Shown: positions 36,776 through 47,800 of the stretch, piece by piece
Layout of the letters: the number at the start of each line of letters is the position of its first letter
How positions within the stretch are numbered: the first letter of the stretch is position 1
NCBI GenBank assembly: GCA_047947115.1
Contig: CP170459.1
Location: 5,024,001 to 5,088,000, forward strand
Direction of reading: 5' to 3'
Length of the DNA: 64,000 nucleotides
DNA from: Verrucomicrobiota bacterium
GTDB lineage: Bacteria > Verrucomicrobiota > Verrucomicrobiia > Limisphaerales > AAA164-E04
Program-made: the position numbers and the translations under genes
The notes under the pieces: model-generated
Told to the model about the DNA's origin: nothing
The model's input: only the letters and a program-made list of their open reading frames with translations
The model's database searches: none

Positions 36776-39700
36776 ATGAAAACACCCACTCCCAACCAAA
36801 TGAAAGCCGGTCTCGCCGGATGCGCGATTCTGGTGCTTTTGCTGTTCATTTCCCTTCGCCCAGCCAATGAAGGATTAGAAGCTCAAAATGCTCCGGTGAT
36901 TCCACCCAACACGGAACAGGCCAACGCTGTCAATGTCACACCGGACACCACCCCTCCCTCGGAATCAGGCAACGCCAAAGCGGATGAAGCATCAACTCCG
37001 CCCAAGGATAGCGATACGGCCAGCTCCGTATCCGGCGAGGAGACGACACCTTCCTCCCCGGCACCCGCACCCGAACTGAAATCTGATGATGAAACAGCAC
37101 CATCGAATACAGAGATGCCTTCCGAGACAACCGATGAGGACAAACAGGAAGATAAGAAAAAGGACGAAGGCATCCTCTTGAGTTTCAAACAGGCCAACAT
37201 CGACATGATCAGTCAATGGCTCGCAGAAACCACCGGGAAAAGCATCGTCAAACACCCACAGGTCAACTGCAAACTGACCATCATCAGCACGCTCAAAATG
37301 AGCAAACGCTCGGCCATCGAACTAGTGTACCAGGCCCTTGCTTTGGAAGGGTTCAACGCCATTGAATCCACCAAATCCATCTTCATCCTGCCGGAAGGAC
37401 AACAACCGAAAATCAGTCCCACCCTGATTGATTCAGACAATGATGAAACAACCGAAAGCCGCCAGCCTGTCGTCCGCGTCTTTCAGTTGAACAACATCAA
37501 ATCCAGTCAGCTCAAGGAGAAGCTCAAAAACATCCTTTCCAAAACCGGCACCATCGAGACCGACGACGAAGCCAACAAGGTGATCGCAACGGATTTCGCT
37601 CAAAACATCCAGTTATTGAGTGAATTGATACAGGAATTGGATGTGCTCTCTCCATCCGATTCCGTGATTGAAATCTTTGAATTGAAGTATGCCGAAGCTG
37701 AGGAGTTATCAGGACTGTTGGGTGGCATCCTCAATGGTGTCACAGCGCCTCCCAGCCGTTCCTCATCTTCATCTTCCTCCTACTACCGACGAAGTTCATC
37801 CTCAAGATCCAGCGAAAACAATGGATCACAAGACACACGTTTGTGGGCTGATACAACGACGAATCGCTTGATTGTCTCCTGCCCAAAAGCGCGGATGAGT
37901 GAAATCAAACGTCTTGTCTTGATCCTCGACTCTGAAAAACCCACCGATGTGGCGGTGCGTGTGATCCCGTTGATACATGTGGACAGCCAGGAACTCATGC
38001 GTGAAATCGCACCCCTGTATGAAAGACTCAGTGGCACCTCCCTGAAGGAAACCATTGAAGTCACGGCAAACAGCCGATCCAATTCGCTGATCGTTCTTTC
38101 CAGCGAATCGAACTTTGAATCCATGCAGGAACTGATCCGACATCTGGACAACGAAGACGCACAGGAAACAGTGATCAAAGCCTTCCAACTGAATAACGCC
38201 GACGCGACGGATGTCTCCGAACAGCTTCGTGAACTCTACCAGGGCGGCACTGGAAGTTCTTCACGTTATACCTACGTTTACAATTATGGTTCCAGCCGAG
38301 GCGGCAGCTCGGAGAAAAAACCCAGTTTTGTCGCCGACATTCGGCGCAACACAGTCATCGTCCAAGCCCCGCCCGCATCACTTGACGGCATCGAGGAAAT
38401 GATCAAGTCCCTGGACGAACCCATCACGGACGACAGCCTGGTGCCACGCATTTTTCAATTAAAATTCGTCAGTGCCGTCGACATCGAAGAGGTGTTGAAC
38501 GAACTGTTCATCCAGGAAGATAACTCACGGGATTACTTCAACGTTTATTACTATGGATACAATTCTAACAGCTCCAACTCCAACAACACCGGGCGCCTGA
38601 TGGGCAAACTCCAGATCACCAGCGAGCCTTACTCGAATTCGATTATTGTCACATCCAATTCAGTGGAAAACATGACCGTGGTGGAGAACGTGCTGAAACA
38701 ACTCGACGTACCATCAAGTGCGGGTGAAACAACACTGCGAGTTCCGTTGAATTTCGCCAACTCCATCAAGCTGGCAAACAACGTCAATATCCTGTTCGCA
38801 AAAGGCGGCGCTCCCCCCATTCGCCCCAGTCAGAACCAACCCAATCAACCACAGAACAACAACCCAAACAATCCGAACAATCCGAATGGCGGTCAAAACT
38901 CATTCGAACTGGAGCAGGATAAAGAAGAAGATGCCTACTTCCCATGGTTGGGAGGACAACAAGACAACGCACGTGGTTTCGGAACCCAAACTGTCAGCCG
39001 CCCGGTGAGCGATCTGATTGGAAGGGTTCGCGTTGTTCCAGATGCACGAACGAATTCGCTATTGATCACGTCCAATGTTCATTTTTTACCACAAGTGCTC
39101 AAATTGGTGAACGAACTGGACACCCCGACCGCACAAGTGCTCATCGAAGCCAAAATTGTCGAGGTCTCCAGCGATTTCCGGGACAAACTAGGTATGCGCT
39201 GGTCACCGGATGGCACGCAGGTGTTTGATTCGGATGATATGGACGGTTCCCTCCAAACAGCTTCCCTCGCCAATTTCACCAAGGTCTTTGCCGGGGGCGG
39301 AACAGCGGGAAGCTTGAAAAGCGGGGTCCTGGACTCCACCATTAATCTGGACGTATTAGTGCAGTTCCTGAGAAAGAACAGCGATGCCAATGTCATGGCC
39401 GAACCCAAGATCAATGTGTCGGACAACGAACTTGGCAAACTGTTCGTGGGTGCCCGGGTTCCCTTCATCGAGGGTTCACTCAACACCCGCGAAGGCGGCC
39501 GCAACGACACTTTCAATTACCGCGATGTAGGTATCATTCTGGAAGTGACGCCACATATCAACAACTCTGAGGAAGTCGCGTTGAAAATACGTGTGGAATC
39601 CTCCAATATACGAAGCGGGGAAAGCCTCTTCGGGGGTGCCATTCTGGACACTCGCAGTTTCAAGACCGACATGGTGGTCAAGAGCGGCGAAACACTGGTC

Positions 39701-39976
39701 CTTGGGGGAATCATTCAACAGGAGACCACGGAAGTCGTCCGCAAAGTCCCGCTTTTGGGAGATATTCCCATCCTTGGATATGCTTTCAAAAAACGGGACA
39801 AAGTGGAACGGGATGTGGAACTGATGGTTTTCCTCCGTCCCGTCGTCACCAGAAGTCCGGAGGATGTCCGCAAACTCATCAAGGATGTTGAGAGCAAAAC
39901 ACCCAGAATCGAGGCTTGGCATAAGCAGCTAGAAGAGGCCAGGAAGGAAGAAGAGGAGGACGGGCACGAGGAGTAA
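36776..39976 (+). CDS. gspD: Secretin GspD, extended (1066 aa)
   Basis: N0 LSFKQANID; repeated KH-like N domains; QVLIEAKIVEV, VGIILEVTP, GETLVLGG, VPLLGDIPILGYAFK. Confidence 0.93.
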   Translation: MKTPTPNQMKAGLAGCAILVLLLFISLRPANEGLEAQNAPVIPPNTEQANAVNVTPDTTPPSESGNAKADEASTPPKDSDTASSVSGEETTPSSPAPAPELKSDDETAPSNTEMPSETTDEDKQEDKKKDEGILLSFKQANIDMISQWLAETTGKSIVKHPQVNCKLTIISTLKMSKRSAIELVYQALALEGFNAIESTKSIFILPEGQQPKISPTLIDSDNDETTESRQPVVRVFQLNNIKSSQLKEKLKNILSKTGTIETDDEANKVIATDFAQNIQLLSELIQELDVLSPSDSVIEIFELKYAEAEELSGLLGGILNGVTAPPSRSSSSSSSYYRRSSSSRSSENNGSQDTRLWADTTTNRLIVSCPKARMSEIKRLVLILDSEKPTDVAVRVIPLIHVDSQELMREIAPLYERLSGTSLKETIEVTANSRSNSLIVLSSESNFESMQELIRHLDNEDAQETVIKAFQLNNADATDVSEQLRELYQGGTGSSSRYTYVYNYGSSRGGSSEKKPSFVADIRRNTVIVQAPPASLDGIEEMIKSLDEPITDDSLVPRIFQLKFVSAVDIEEVLNELFIQEDNSRDYFNVYYYGYNSNSSNSNNTGRLMGKLQITSEPYSNSIIVTSNSVENMTVVENVLKQLDVPSSAGETTLRVPLNFANSIKLANNVNILFAKGGAPPIRPSQNQPNQPQNNNPNNPNNPNGGQNSFELEQDKEEDAYFPWLGGQQDNARGFGTQTVSRPVSDLIGRVRVVPDARTNSLLITSNVHFLPQVLKLVNELDTPTAQVLIEAKIVEVSSDFRDKLGMRWSPDGTQVFDSDDMDGSLQTASLANFTKVFAGGGTAGSLKSGVLDSTINLDVLVQFLRKNSDANVMAEPKINVSDNELGKLFVGARVPFIEGSLNTREGGRNDTFNYRDVGIILEVTPHINNSEEVALKIRVESSNIRSGESLFGGAILDTRSFKTDMVVKSGETLVLGGIIQQETTEVVRKVPLLGDIPILGYAFKKRDKVERDVELMVFLRPVVTRSPEDVRKLIKDVESKTPRIEAWHKQLEEARKEEEEDGHEE

Positions 39977-40201
39977 GATTAGGATTAGGACTATCATTTC
40001 GGCAAGGGGGGTTGACGCGCGCCTTGAGGCATTTGCCGGATTGAGCGTGTTGTTGTGGAGTGCAATCCTTGTGGCTTTCTTTTCCGGCATGTTACCTCCC
40101 GGAGGAAAACCGCGGCGCAAGCAATTCCCAGCATTCGCATCGATCTGCCAGCAAGGGTGGATTGGCTCGATCCGGTCTGCCTGTGTGCTCTTAACCAATG
40201 G

Positions 40202-40217
40202 AATGAGCTTGCTCATT
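40202..40217. promoter_or_regulatory. Palindromic candidate operator AATGAGC-TT-GCTCATT
   Basis: Perfect 7-bp arms, about 48 bp upstream of the ATG at 40265. Confidence 0.35.
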
Positions 40218-40264
40218 AAAAGAGTTGTTTTCATAATTCTTCTGTTTCCCAAAACAACTGAATT

Positions 40265-42247
40265 ATGAAAAGACAACACACATTTCCTGTTGCCATGACA
40301 ACGGTTGCGCTCAGTGCGCTCATGGCAATCCCTGCCACCCAGTCACAGAACCTGAGAGATGGGCTGGAAGTTTACTGGAGTTTCGACGAAGGTTCCGGCA
40401 ACATGGCCAACGACACTTCCGGCAATGATCGCGAAGCCGTTCCCGAAGAAAATCTTTTTCCAGGAGCCATGATCGATTGGTCAGGGGGCAAATTCGGCGG
40501 TTCCGTCAAGTTTGATAGCTCCTATATGTTGCACTCTCCTTTCGAGTATTATGGTATCGGCGATGCCAATCCCCGAACCATTTCCATGTGGGTTAAAACA
40601 GATTGGCAGGCCGCCAATTCAAGCTCTGTGGGGGCCATCATGGGATGGGGTGTTCATGCTGGACGTCAACGCTGGCACTTCAAATTCAATGGCGGCACCG
40701 ATGCGGATGGAAATGTCCAACAATTCCTCCGTACGGAGAACCAGGGTGGCAATAATTTCGGCAACACGATCCCCGTAAACGACGGCGAATGGCATCACTT
40801 TATTTCCGTATTCGATCCCGACGTGGACGCCAACGAAGACGGTATCCTTGCTGCGGTTGGCGATGTGGATCACTACGTTGATGGGGTGCTTGAAAATAAA
40901 AACGGGGGTGTCGGCAACCCGGTCGAAACATTGATTGACCCCGAACAAGGCGCGGTACCCGTCACCATTGGTGGTGGTTACTTTCCGGATATCAACGGAG
41001 CTCGCCTGATGGAAGGTCGTGTGGACGAGGTACGCATCTATAGTCGCGCTTTGAGTGTCGAAGAGATCCAGGCTCTGGCCGCCGGTCGGGACGTGGATGG
41101 ACCACCTTCTGTAGAAATCACCAACAACATTGAAGGGGCCGAACTGGTCTCAGAAGACACTCCCATCGAATTCACCATCACCCCACAAGGCGACGCGACG
41201 GTGGCCAAATCCGACATAACGCTCGAACTCAACGGAAGGAGCATCATTGGCAGCACCACCATCGATGGTTCTGTGACAGGCTGGACCGGTAGTTTTACCG
41301 GCCTGGAAAAGAACAAAGTTTACAACGGCAAAATCGGCGCAACCGACAGTAAAGGCCGCAGCTATTCGTTTGAATTCTCTTTCGACACCATCTCGTTGGA
41401 CAATTACTCCATTGAGGCAGAGGACTTCAACTTCGACGGTGGCGAATTCTTTGCCAATCCAGTTCCCTGCGACACCCCGGGCGGTTCCACAGCCAATTGC
41501 TATTTCGATCGCGTCAGTGAAATCGGCGTGGACGCAAACGACGATTTTGCCGACGATCGCCCCACTGATGAAGATGCCGATTTTCAGGCCTTTCTGGACA
41601 ATGGATTCCGCTTCGGCCCAGGTTCCTTCAAGGATGAACTGGTTGACACCTGGGTATCCGGTGACGCACTGCGGGGCAAGTTCACCGACGCAGGCGACAA
41701 CGTCAGGGATTACGATGTGGAACGCGTCAACACGGATGAATGGTACAACTACACCCGCAACATCCCTCAAGGCACTTATCAGGTCCTGCTGAGAGCACGC
41801 GGTCGTGGCGATCAAACCATCGGCTTGGGATCGGTCAACAACCCCACCAGCGCCAACCAAACAGCAACCGCCATCGGGCAGTTCAACGTCACCGGCACCG
41901 GCGGTGCTTACAAATTCTTCCCATTGAAAGATGAAAGCGGACGTGACCTGATCATGGAATACGGCGGCGAACAGACCCTTCGCCTGACGGCCATCAACGC
42001 CGACGGCAATGTGGACTTGAACTACATCATGTTTGTTCCGGCAACCATTTCCGAGGAACCAGTGGAAGTGGAACTAATGATCGCCGCGAACGGCACTCAG
42101 GTTACCTTGAGTTGGGATGGTGACGGCGGTGTCCTGCAGCAGAGCGCCACTGTGAATGGGCCCTGGTCCAATGTGGACACCACAGGAAGTTCCCACACCG
42201 TCACAGCCGATCAAAGCGAAGCCTATTTCAGGGTGGTAGCGCCTTGA
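40265..42247 (+). CDS. Exported LamG-like jellyroll + CBM6/35-like protein with C-terminal beta domain
   Basis: Signal peptide; YWSFDEG, TISMWVK, DGEWHH, VDEVRIYSRALS; IEAEDF..EWYNYT; VTLSW..LQQS..W..YFRV. Confidence 0.82.
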   Translation: MKRQHTFPVAMTTVALSALMAIPATQSQNLRDGLEVYWSFDEGSGNMANDTSGNDREAVPEENLFPGAMIDWSGGKFGGSVKFDSSYMLHSPFEYYGIGDANPRTISMWVKTDWQAANSSSVGAIMGWGVHAGRQRWHFKFNGGTDADGNVQQFLRTENQGGNNFGNTIPVNDGEWHHFISVFDPDVDANEDGILAAVGDVDHYVDGVLENKNGGVGNPVETLIDPEQGAVPVTIGGGYFPDINGARLMEGRVDEVRIYSRALSVEEIQALAAGRDVDGPPSVEITNNIEGAELVSEDTPIEFTITPQGDATVAKSDITLELNGRSIIGSTTIDGSVTGWTGSFTGLEKNKVYNGKIGATDSKGRSYSFEFSFDTISLDNYSIEAEDFNFDGGEFFANPVPCDTPGGSTANCYFDRVSEIGVDANDDFADDRPTDEDADFQAFLDNGFRFGPGSFKDELVDTWVSGDALRGKFTDAGDNVRDYDVERVNTDEWYNYTRNIPQGTYQVLLRARGRGDQTIGLGSVNNPTSANQTATAIGQFNVTGTGGAYKFFPLKDESGRDLIMEYGGEQTLRLTAINADGNVDLNYIMFVPATISEEPVEVELMIAANGTQVTLSWDGDGGVLQQSATVNGPWSNVDTTGSSHTVTADQSEAYFRVVAP

Positions 42248-42281
42248 CGAACCGGTTCATGGATCGCATGTTGGGAGCAAC

Positions 42282-43316
42282 ATGGACCCCGAAACGATTC
42301 GTGAACTGGCGACACCTTTATTGAATGCACTCGGCATCGGAGATGATCCACTGATCTCTCCGATGCCGGGCAGCTCATTGAAACGCACCTTCAAACTCCA
42401 TCACGAGGGGTTGGACTACGCCCTCAAATGGTATCCCATCACCCCCCCCCACCTTGCGGACCCCTTTGATACCGAACGGCATTTTTATCAATATCTCAAA
42501 GAAGCTGAAGTCCATGAAAATCCGTTTGCCTTGAGCTGGGAGATTTCCCATCGAATCGGAGTATTCAGCCTCCTCCATGGAAGAGCCATTCGATCAGATG
42601 AAGTCAACCTGCCGCGAACCCTTACCGCGGGGACCTTTCTGGCGGCCATCAACGAACATCGCCATCTCCCCGAAGCTGGCAGCTTACCCGGCACACCTCC
42701 GAGGGAACAATCCATGACAAACCTGCTGGATGCCATCAACGGTTTCATGCTGCAAGGGGTCCCCGAAGAACTCAGAGACGTGCAACCGCTGGTTTCGTTT
42801 TGGGAAGATGAACTGGTGCCCGGATGGCAAGGGATCATCGGACATTTTCTTTCGACTTGTGAAACCAGCGGCATTGATCCATCTCATGAATTGGAAGATC
42901 AACACGCCATCCTGTCACCGGGCGAATTCACCTTCCACAACACCATTATCACACCAGAGCACAAGGTTTGTTTTTGCGATTTCGACCAGGCTCGTTGGGG
43001 AGATCCCGCATGCGTCATAGCCCGCTTTTTCACTCAACCAGATTTCAATGTCAAAATGGAATATCTGGACCCGTTTCTGGATGAAATGGACGGCATCCCA
43101 GGAAGAGACCCCGTCCTGGGTGTCCGACTGCGCCTGTTGATGCCCATCATTCGCATTGAGCGCTCGCTCACGGCCCTGTTTCCTCATCTGGATTGGGACC
43201 TGCGCCAACTGGGAGCGGACACCGGCAAGGAAGGAAAAGTCATGCTCATCCAGAACCTTTGGCAAGCACGACAACAATTGAAAGCGGGATTGCACCTAAT
43301 CTCCGACTCACAATAA
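42282..43316 (+). CDS. APH/choline-kinase-fold protein, catalytic loop degenerate
   Basis: YALKWY, ERHFY, LSPGEFTFHN, FCDFDQARWGDPA. Confidence 0.65.
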   Translation: MDPETIRELATPLLNALGIGDDPLISPMPGSSLKRTFKLHHEGLDYALKWYPITPPHLADPFDTERHFYQYLKEAEVHENPFALSWEISHRIGVFSLLHGRAIRSDEVNLPRTLTAGTFLAAINEHRHLPEAGSLPGTPPREQSMTNLLDAINGFMLQGVPEELRDVQPLVSFWEDELVPGWQGIIGHFLSTCETSGIDPSHELEDQHAILSPGEFTFHNTIITPEHKVCFCDFDQARWGDPACVIARFFTQPDFNVKMEYLDPFLDEMDGIPGRDPVLGVRLRLLMPIIRIERSLTALFPHLDWDLRQLGADTGKEGKVMLIQNLWQARQQLKAGLHLISDSQ

Positions 43317-43342
43317 AGGGGGCACCCTTTCGGATGCCCTCT
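43317..43342 (+). terminator. Hairpin right after the kinase-fold gene
   Basis: GGGGGCACCC-TTTC-GGATGCCCTC imperfect stem, weak U tract. Confidence 0.45.
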
Positions 43343-43516
43343 CATTGATGTCTCATGAAGTCTGATAGATTGTTCCAGATCTATTTGATTTTCATGGATT
43401 CGACACCAAAGTAATAACCAGATAGACTCCGATGCAGCCAGCGTGGTTACACCGGAAGTTGGCACCGAACAATCATCTGACGAGTGGTCTGTGATATTAT
43501 TCAATCCCATCCTGAT

Positions 43517-43542
43517 AAAACAGGAGGAGCCTACTCCTCCTG
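43517..43542 (-). terminator. Terminator with the phosphoesterase stop codon in its loop
   Basis: On the - strand CAGGAGGAG-TAGG-CTCCTCCTG-TTTT. Confidence 0.65.
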
Positions 43543-44022
43543 CCCGTCAGTTGAGGCATCGAGATCAATGAATCTTACGACAGGATTTTTTCCCTGGCAT
43601 TCAAGGATGGCAACAGATCGTCTAACCCCTGGTTTGGGGCGACCGGCGTATCCGGGATTCACATAAATCGTGCTGCCCAGGGTTTCCAGATGGGCCCGGT
43701 GCGTATGACCGAACACGACCATGTCCGGCCGGGTACGCTCAATCCGTTCCCGAATCATCATGTCCGGCGTTGGCAGGTTGACGATATGATGCACAAGAAT
43801 TTTAAAACCAGCCAGTTCCACCGTCTCGGTTTCTCGCACCGGAACATCGTAGTCCGTGTTTCCGAGCACGGCGGTAACCGGGGCGATACGTTCCAGATCC
43901 AGCAATAACCAGGGAAAACCGATATCCCCGCCGTGCAGGATGTGATCCACACCTTTGAAACAGCGCCGGATACGGGGATCCAGAAATCCGTGGGTATCTG
44001 AAATGAGGCCGATTTTGAACAT
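43531..44022 (-). CDS. YfcE/MJ0936-family metallophosphoesterase
   Basis: ISDTHG, HGGDIG, GNTD, GHTH, NPG motifs; start set at MFKIG. Confidence 0.9.
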   Translation of the reverse strand: MFKIGLISDTHGFLDPRIRRCFKGVDHILHGGDIGFPWLLLDLERIAPVTAVLGNTDYDVPVRETETVELAGFKILVHHIVNLPTPDMMIRERIERTRPDMVVFGHTHRAHLETLGSTIYVNPGYAGRPKPGVRRSVAILECQGKNPVVRFIDLDASTDGQEE

Positions 44023-44101
44023 TTGCTGGTAATCCTGAGCAATCAGTGGCTGGGGTGTGAGAATTCCGTCAGTTTCAGTATCTGAATAAAACGTGTACTG
44101 A

Positions 44102-44722
44102 TCAGGCGGGGACTTTTTCAGGTTCGGTTTCCTGCGGCTCGGATTCGGTTTCCGGTTCGGCTTCTTCGACCTCCTCGGCGGCTTCGATCCATTTGGCAGC
44201 ACCAACAAACATTCCGGTATAAAGACCACCGCTCAAAAGCGTGTTGCGCAGAAACATCCAGGTCGGAGGAAACCCTCCGGTGCCATTGGTTAATGCCAGC
44301 AGCCAACCGGTCAGGTCGCGTGTATATTCCTTGTTGTCGAAGGGGTTCAACAACCAGGCGATGGTGTTGGTGAGCAGATAAAAGAAACACGCCCCGACAA
44401 TTCCCCCGCCAACCAGTTTGGCCCAATGGTCTTTTTTGCTCATCCATTGCCCCATACCTATCAGACAGGCATAACCCAGATAATTACTCAACTGATACCA
44501 CTGCGGCCAATATCCATAGTAGGCATTAAGTGCTAGATCCGTAACGGCCAGCGTGCCAAGGGGCAATAGCCAGGCCATGCGGGGAGTAAAGTACAGACCG
44601 GCACAGAACGCCAGCGCATAAGCAGCACTGAAGTTAACCGGCATCACCCCCGGCCAACGCGTGCCAGCAAACACCACCAGCATCAGGATCATCAATCCGA
44701 TATGATTCTTTTTATTCGCCAC
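44102..44722 (-). CDS. DUF6580-like membrane protein (ECF S-component-like)
   Basis: PVNFSAAYALAFCAGLY, DLALN, FFYLLTNTIAW, FLRNTLLS; about 6 TM helices. Confidence 0.68.
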   Translation of the reverse strand: MANKKNHIGLMILMLVVFAGTRWPGVMPVNFSAAYALAFCAGLYFTPRMAWLLPLGTLAVTDLALNAYYGYWPQWYQLSNYLGYACLIGMGQWMSKKDHWAKLVGGGIVGACFFYLLTNTIAWLLNPFDNKEYTRDLTGWLLALTNGTGGFPPTWMFLRNTLLSGGLYTGMFVGAAKWIEAAEEVEEAEPETESEPQETEPEKVPA

Positions 44723-44845
44723 GAACCCTCATGTTAAGGTTTTAGGCCTCGATGACAAGAAGGGATCGGTGAATCAGGTGGAGTTTGTCATAAGAAACAT
44801 GCCTTTGACCTGATTCCACGACTTGACGAAACCCCATCGAAAGGA

Positions 44846-47800
44846 GTGAATGGGGCGTCCGTGAGCACATCGCACCAAAACTTCAGTTCAAGTTGCCACC
44901 CACTTTGCAACGAGTGGAGGAATTCTGCCTGGTGGGATGATATGATCCGCCACCCCGGCAAGCGTCCCTTTCTGCGCTGGACTCCCGCCCCCATCGCAAG
45001 CTGGCCGTTTTTGATGGCCGGTTTTCGAACTACTTTCCCGGATCGCCCTCTGGTTCTGGTGACTTCCGGATTAAAGTTGCAGGAATCCCTGCATCAGGAT
45101 CTGGCGACCTGGATGGACTGGTTCTCGGCAGGGACACAGTCAAATACCACCTCACGCCCATTTTTCTATCCGGCCTGGGAACATCTTCCGCATGAAGCCA
45201 AACTCCCCCATGCTGACGTGATCAGCGAGCGTCTGGAAACTCTGACCGCCCTGCTCAGGTGGCAGGCTGATCCGCTTGATTCCCCCGCTCCGGTCATCGT
45301 CACAACAATCCAGGCGCTGATGCAGCGGACCTTTGAACCGGACGCACTACAGGACTGCCTAAGAACCCTGCGCGTGGGGGACATTCTGGACCCGCTTGAT
45401 CTGGTGGAATGGCTCGAGGAGCAGGCCTATGAACCTGAAGCGAAGGTCACCCAGAAGGGAGAGATTGCTTTGCGCGGAGGCATTCTGGATGTCTTCCCAT
45501 TGAACAGTCCTTGGCCTGTTCGATTGGAATTCTTTGGAGACGAATTGGAATCCATTCGCTATTTTCATCCCGAAACACAACTCACTCGTGATCGCATCAA
45601 CCAGGTCGAATTGCCTCCCGGTGGCGAATTGGGAATCATCAAACGGCAAGTGGAATCAAAATCATGTGATTCGGAACAGGCCTTCTTCAATTTACTGGAT
45701 TACCTGCCAAAGTCGTCCTGTATTTTCGACGCGGAACCCGTCGCTCTTCAGGAAGCCGCCGAACACTATCAAAATCAAATCCCGGAGGATGACCCGTTTT
45801 TTCTGGACTGGTATGGATTGCAATCCCGCCTGAACCAGTCCGGTTGGATGCGCATCGAGCTGAAGGAAGCCGATGCCGAATGGAGTGATACGACGGATGT
45901 CCCCTCTCCCACCCATGACGATCAGGGAATTGAATTGAATCCGGACCTGGAATCAATGGAAGTGTACCGCCCACTGGGCGACCATCGCCCGGAAGCTCAT
46001 ATCGTGGAAAAGCAGCGGATGGATTTCCTGGAGCAGATGCATCGTTGGCTGCGCAAGGGACATACCGTGTTGGTGGTCTGCAACAATGAAGGAGAGAGTC
46101 AACGGTTCCAGGAAATCTGGGAAGAAACCGGATTTAAGGACAAATCAGTTGAGAGCGGAAACCTGAGCCTGCTGACCGGAAGTCTCGGGAGGGGGTTTGT
46201 GGCGGATCAATTGGGATGCGTGGTGGTGACTGATGCCGAAATCTTTGGTCGTTACAAAGTGCAGCGACCGCGCAGATTGAAATCACCCCATGCGGCAGCG
46301 GCGAAGTCCATCCTTCAGATCGATTTCGCAGACCTGGAAGACGGGGATTACGTGGTCCACCTTCAGCATGGCATCGGGCGTTACATTGGACTTCAACGTC
46401 TCCCTCCCGTTGGATCGACCGCCACCCCAGGCAACGATGAAAACGGGCCCGAGTTCCTGGTCATTGAATATGCGGCCAAGAACATCGGCGACGAACCACC
46501 CAAACTCTACGTCCCGGTCAGCGAGGCTCATCTGGTCAGCAAATACATCGGAGCCGGGAAAGGACGCCCCCAACTACACACCCTGGGAGGCAAGCGCTGG
46601 CATAGTGCCAAAGCACAAGCGGAGAAAGCGGTTCGGGACCTGGCCGGCGAGCTGCTGCAGATACAGGCAGCCCGCGCATCCGAAGAAGGTCATTCTTTCC
46701 AACGAGACTCCACCTGGCAACGAGAATTCGAAAGCTCGTTCCTTTATGAAGAGACAGAAGATCAAATCAGTGCGATCAACGCCACCAAAGCGGACATGGA
46801 ACGCGCCAAACCAATGGACCGCCTGATCTGTGGTGATGTGGGCTTCGGGAAAACAGAGATTGCCATTCGAGCCGCCTTCAAAGCGGTGATGGACGGCAGG
46901 CAGGTCGCCATCCTGGTTCCCACCACCGTGTTGGCACAACAACATTACAACACCCTTGCCGAACGCATGGCGGATTACCCTGTGCGCGTGGAATTGTTGT
47001 CAAGATTTCAAAAACCAAAGCAGACACGCAAAGTCATTCAGGACCTGGCCACCGGTTCGGTCGACATTGTGGTCGGCACACACAAACTCATTCAAAAAGA
47101 CGTCACCTTCAAAGATCTTGGACTGGTTGTCATTGATGAAGAACAACGGTTTGGTGTGGCGCAGAAAGAAAAGTTCAAACTCATGCGCAAACTGGTCGAT
47201 GTTCTCACGCTCAGTGCCACACCGATTCCCCGCACCCTGCATCTCGCCTTGATGGGTGCCAGAGACATGAGCACGATCGAAACACCGCCGCAGGATCGCC
47301 TGCCGGTGGAAACCATCGTAATCCCCTTTGACGAGGAAGCGATCAGAAACGCATTGCGCCGGGAACTCAATCGTCAGGGCCAGATTTATTTCCTGCACAA
47401 CCGGGTGGGCACCATCAACACCATGGCCCAACGCATCCAGAAGCTCGTTCCCGATGCTCGCATCGTCGTTGGACACGGCCAAATGGAAGCAAGGGAACTC
47501 GAATCCGTCATGCGCACTTTCATCAATGGAGAGGCGGACATTCTGGTCTCCACAACGATCATTGAAAGCGGCATCGACATCCCCAACGCCAACACCATCA
47601 TCATCGACCGGGCCGATCGATTTGGTCTGAGCGAATTGTATCAGTTACGCGGAAGAGTCGGACGTTACAAACACCAGGCCTACGCTTATCTGCTTCTTCC
47701 CCGTCATGCCGGCGTATTGACCGATGCCAGGAAGCGCCTCAGCGCCATGAAGCAGTATTCCAAGCTGGGAAGCGGATTCAAAATCGCCATGCGCGATCTG

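Noticed and set aside
44023..44229. Extended N-terminus of the metallophosphoesterase
   Set aside because: Overlaps the upstream membrane-protein gene; the family begins at MFKIGLISD.
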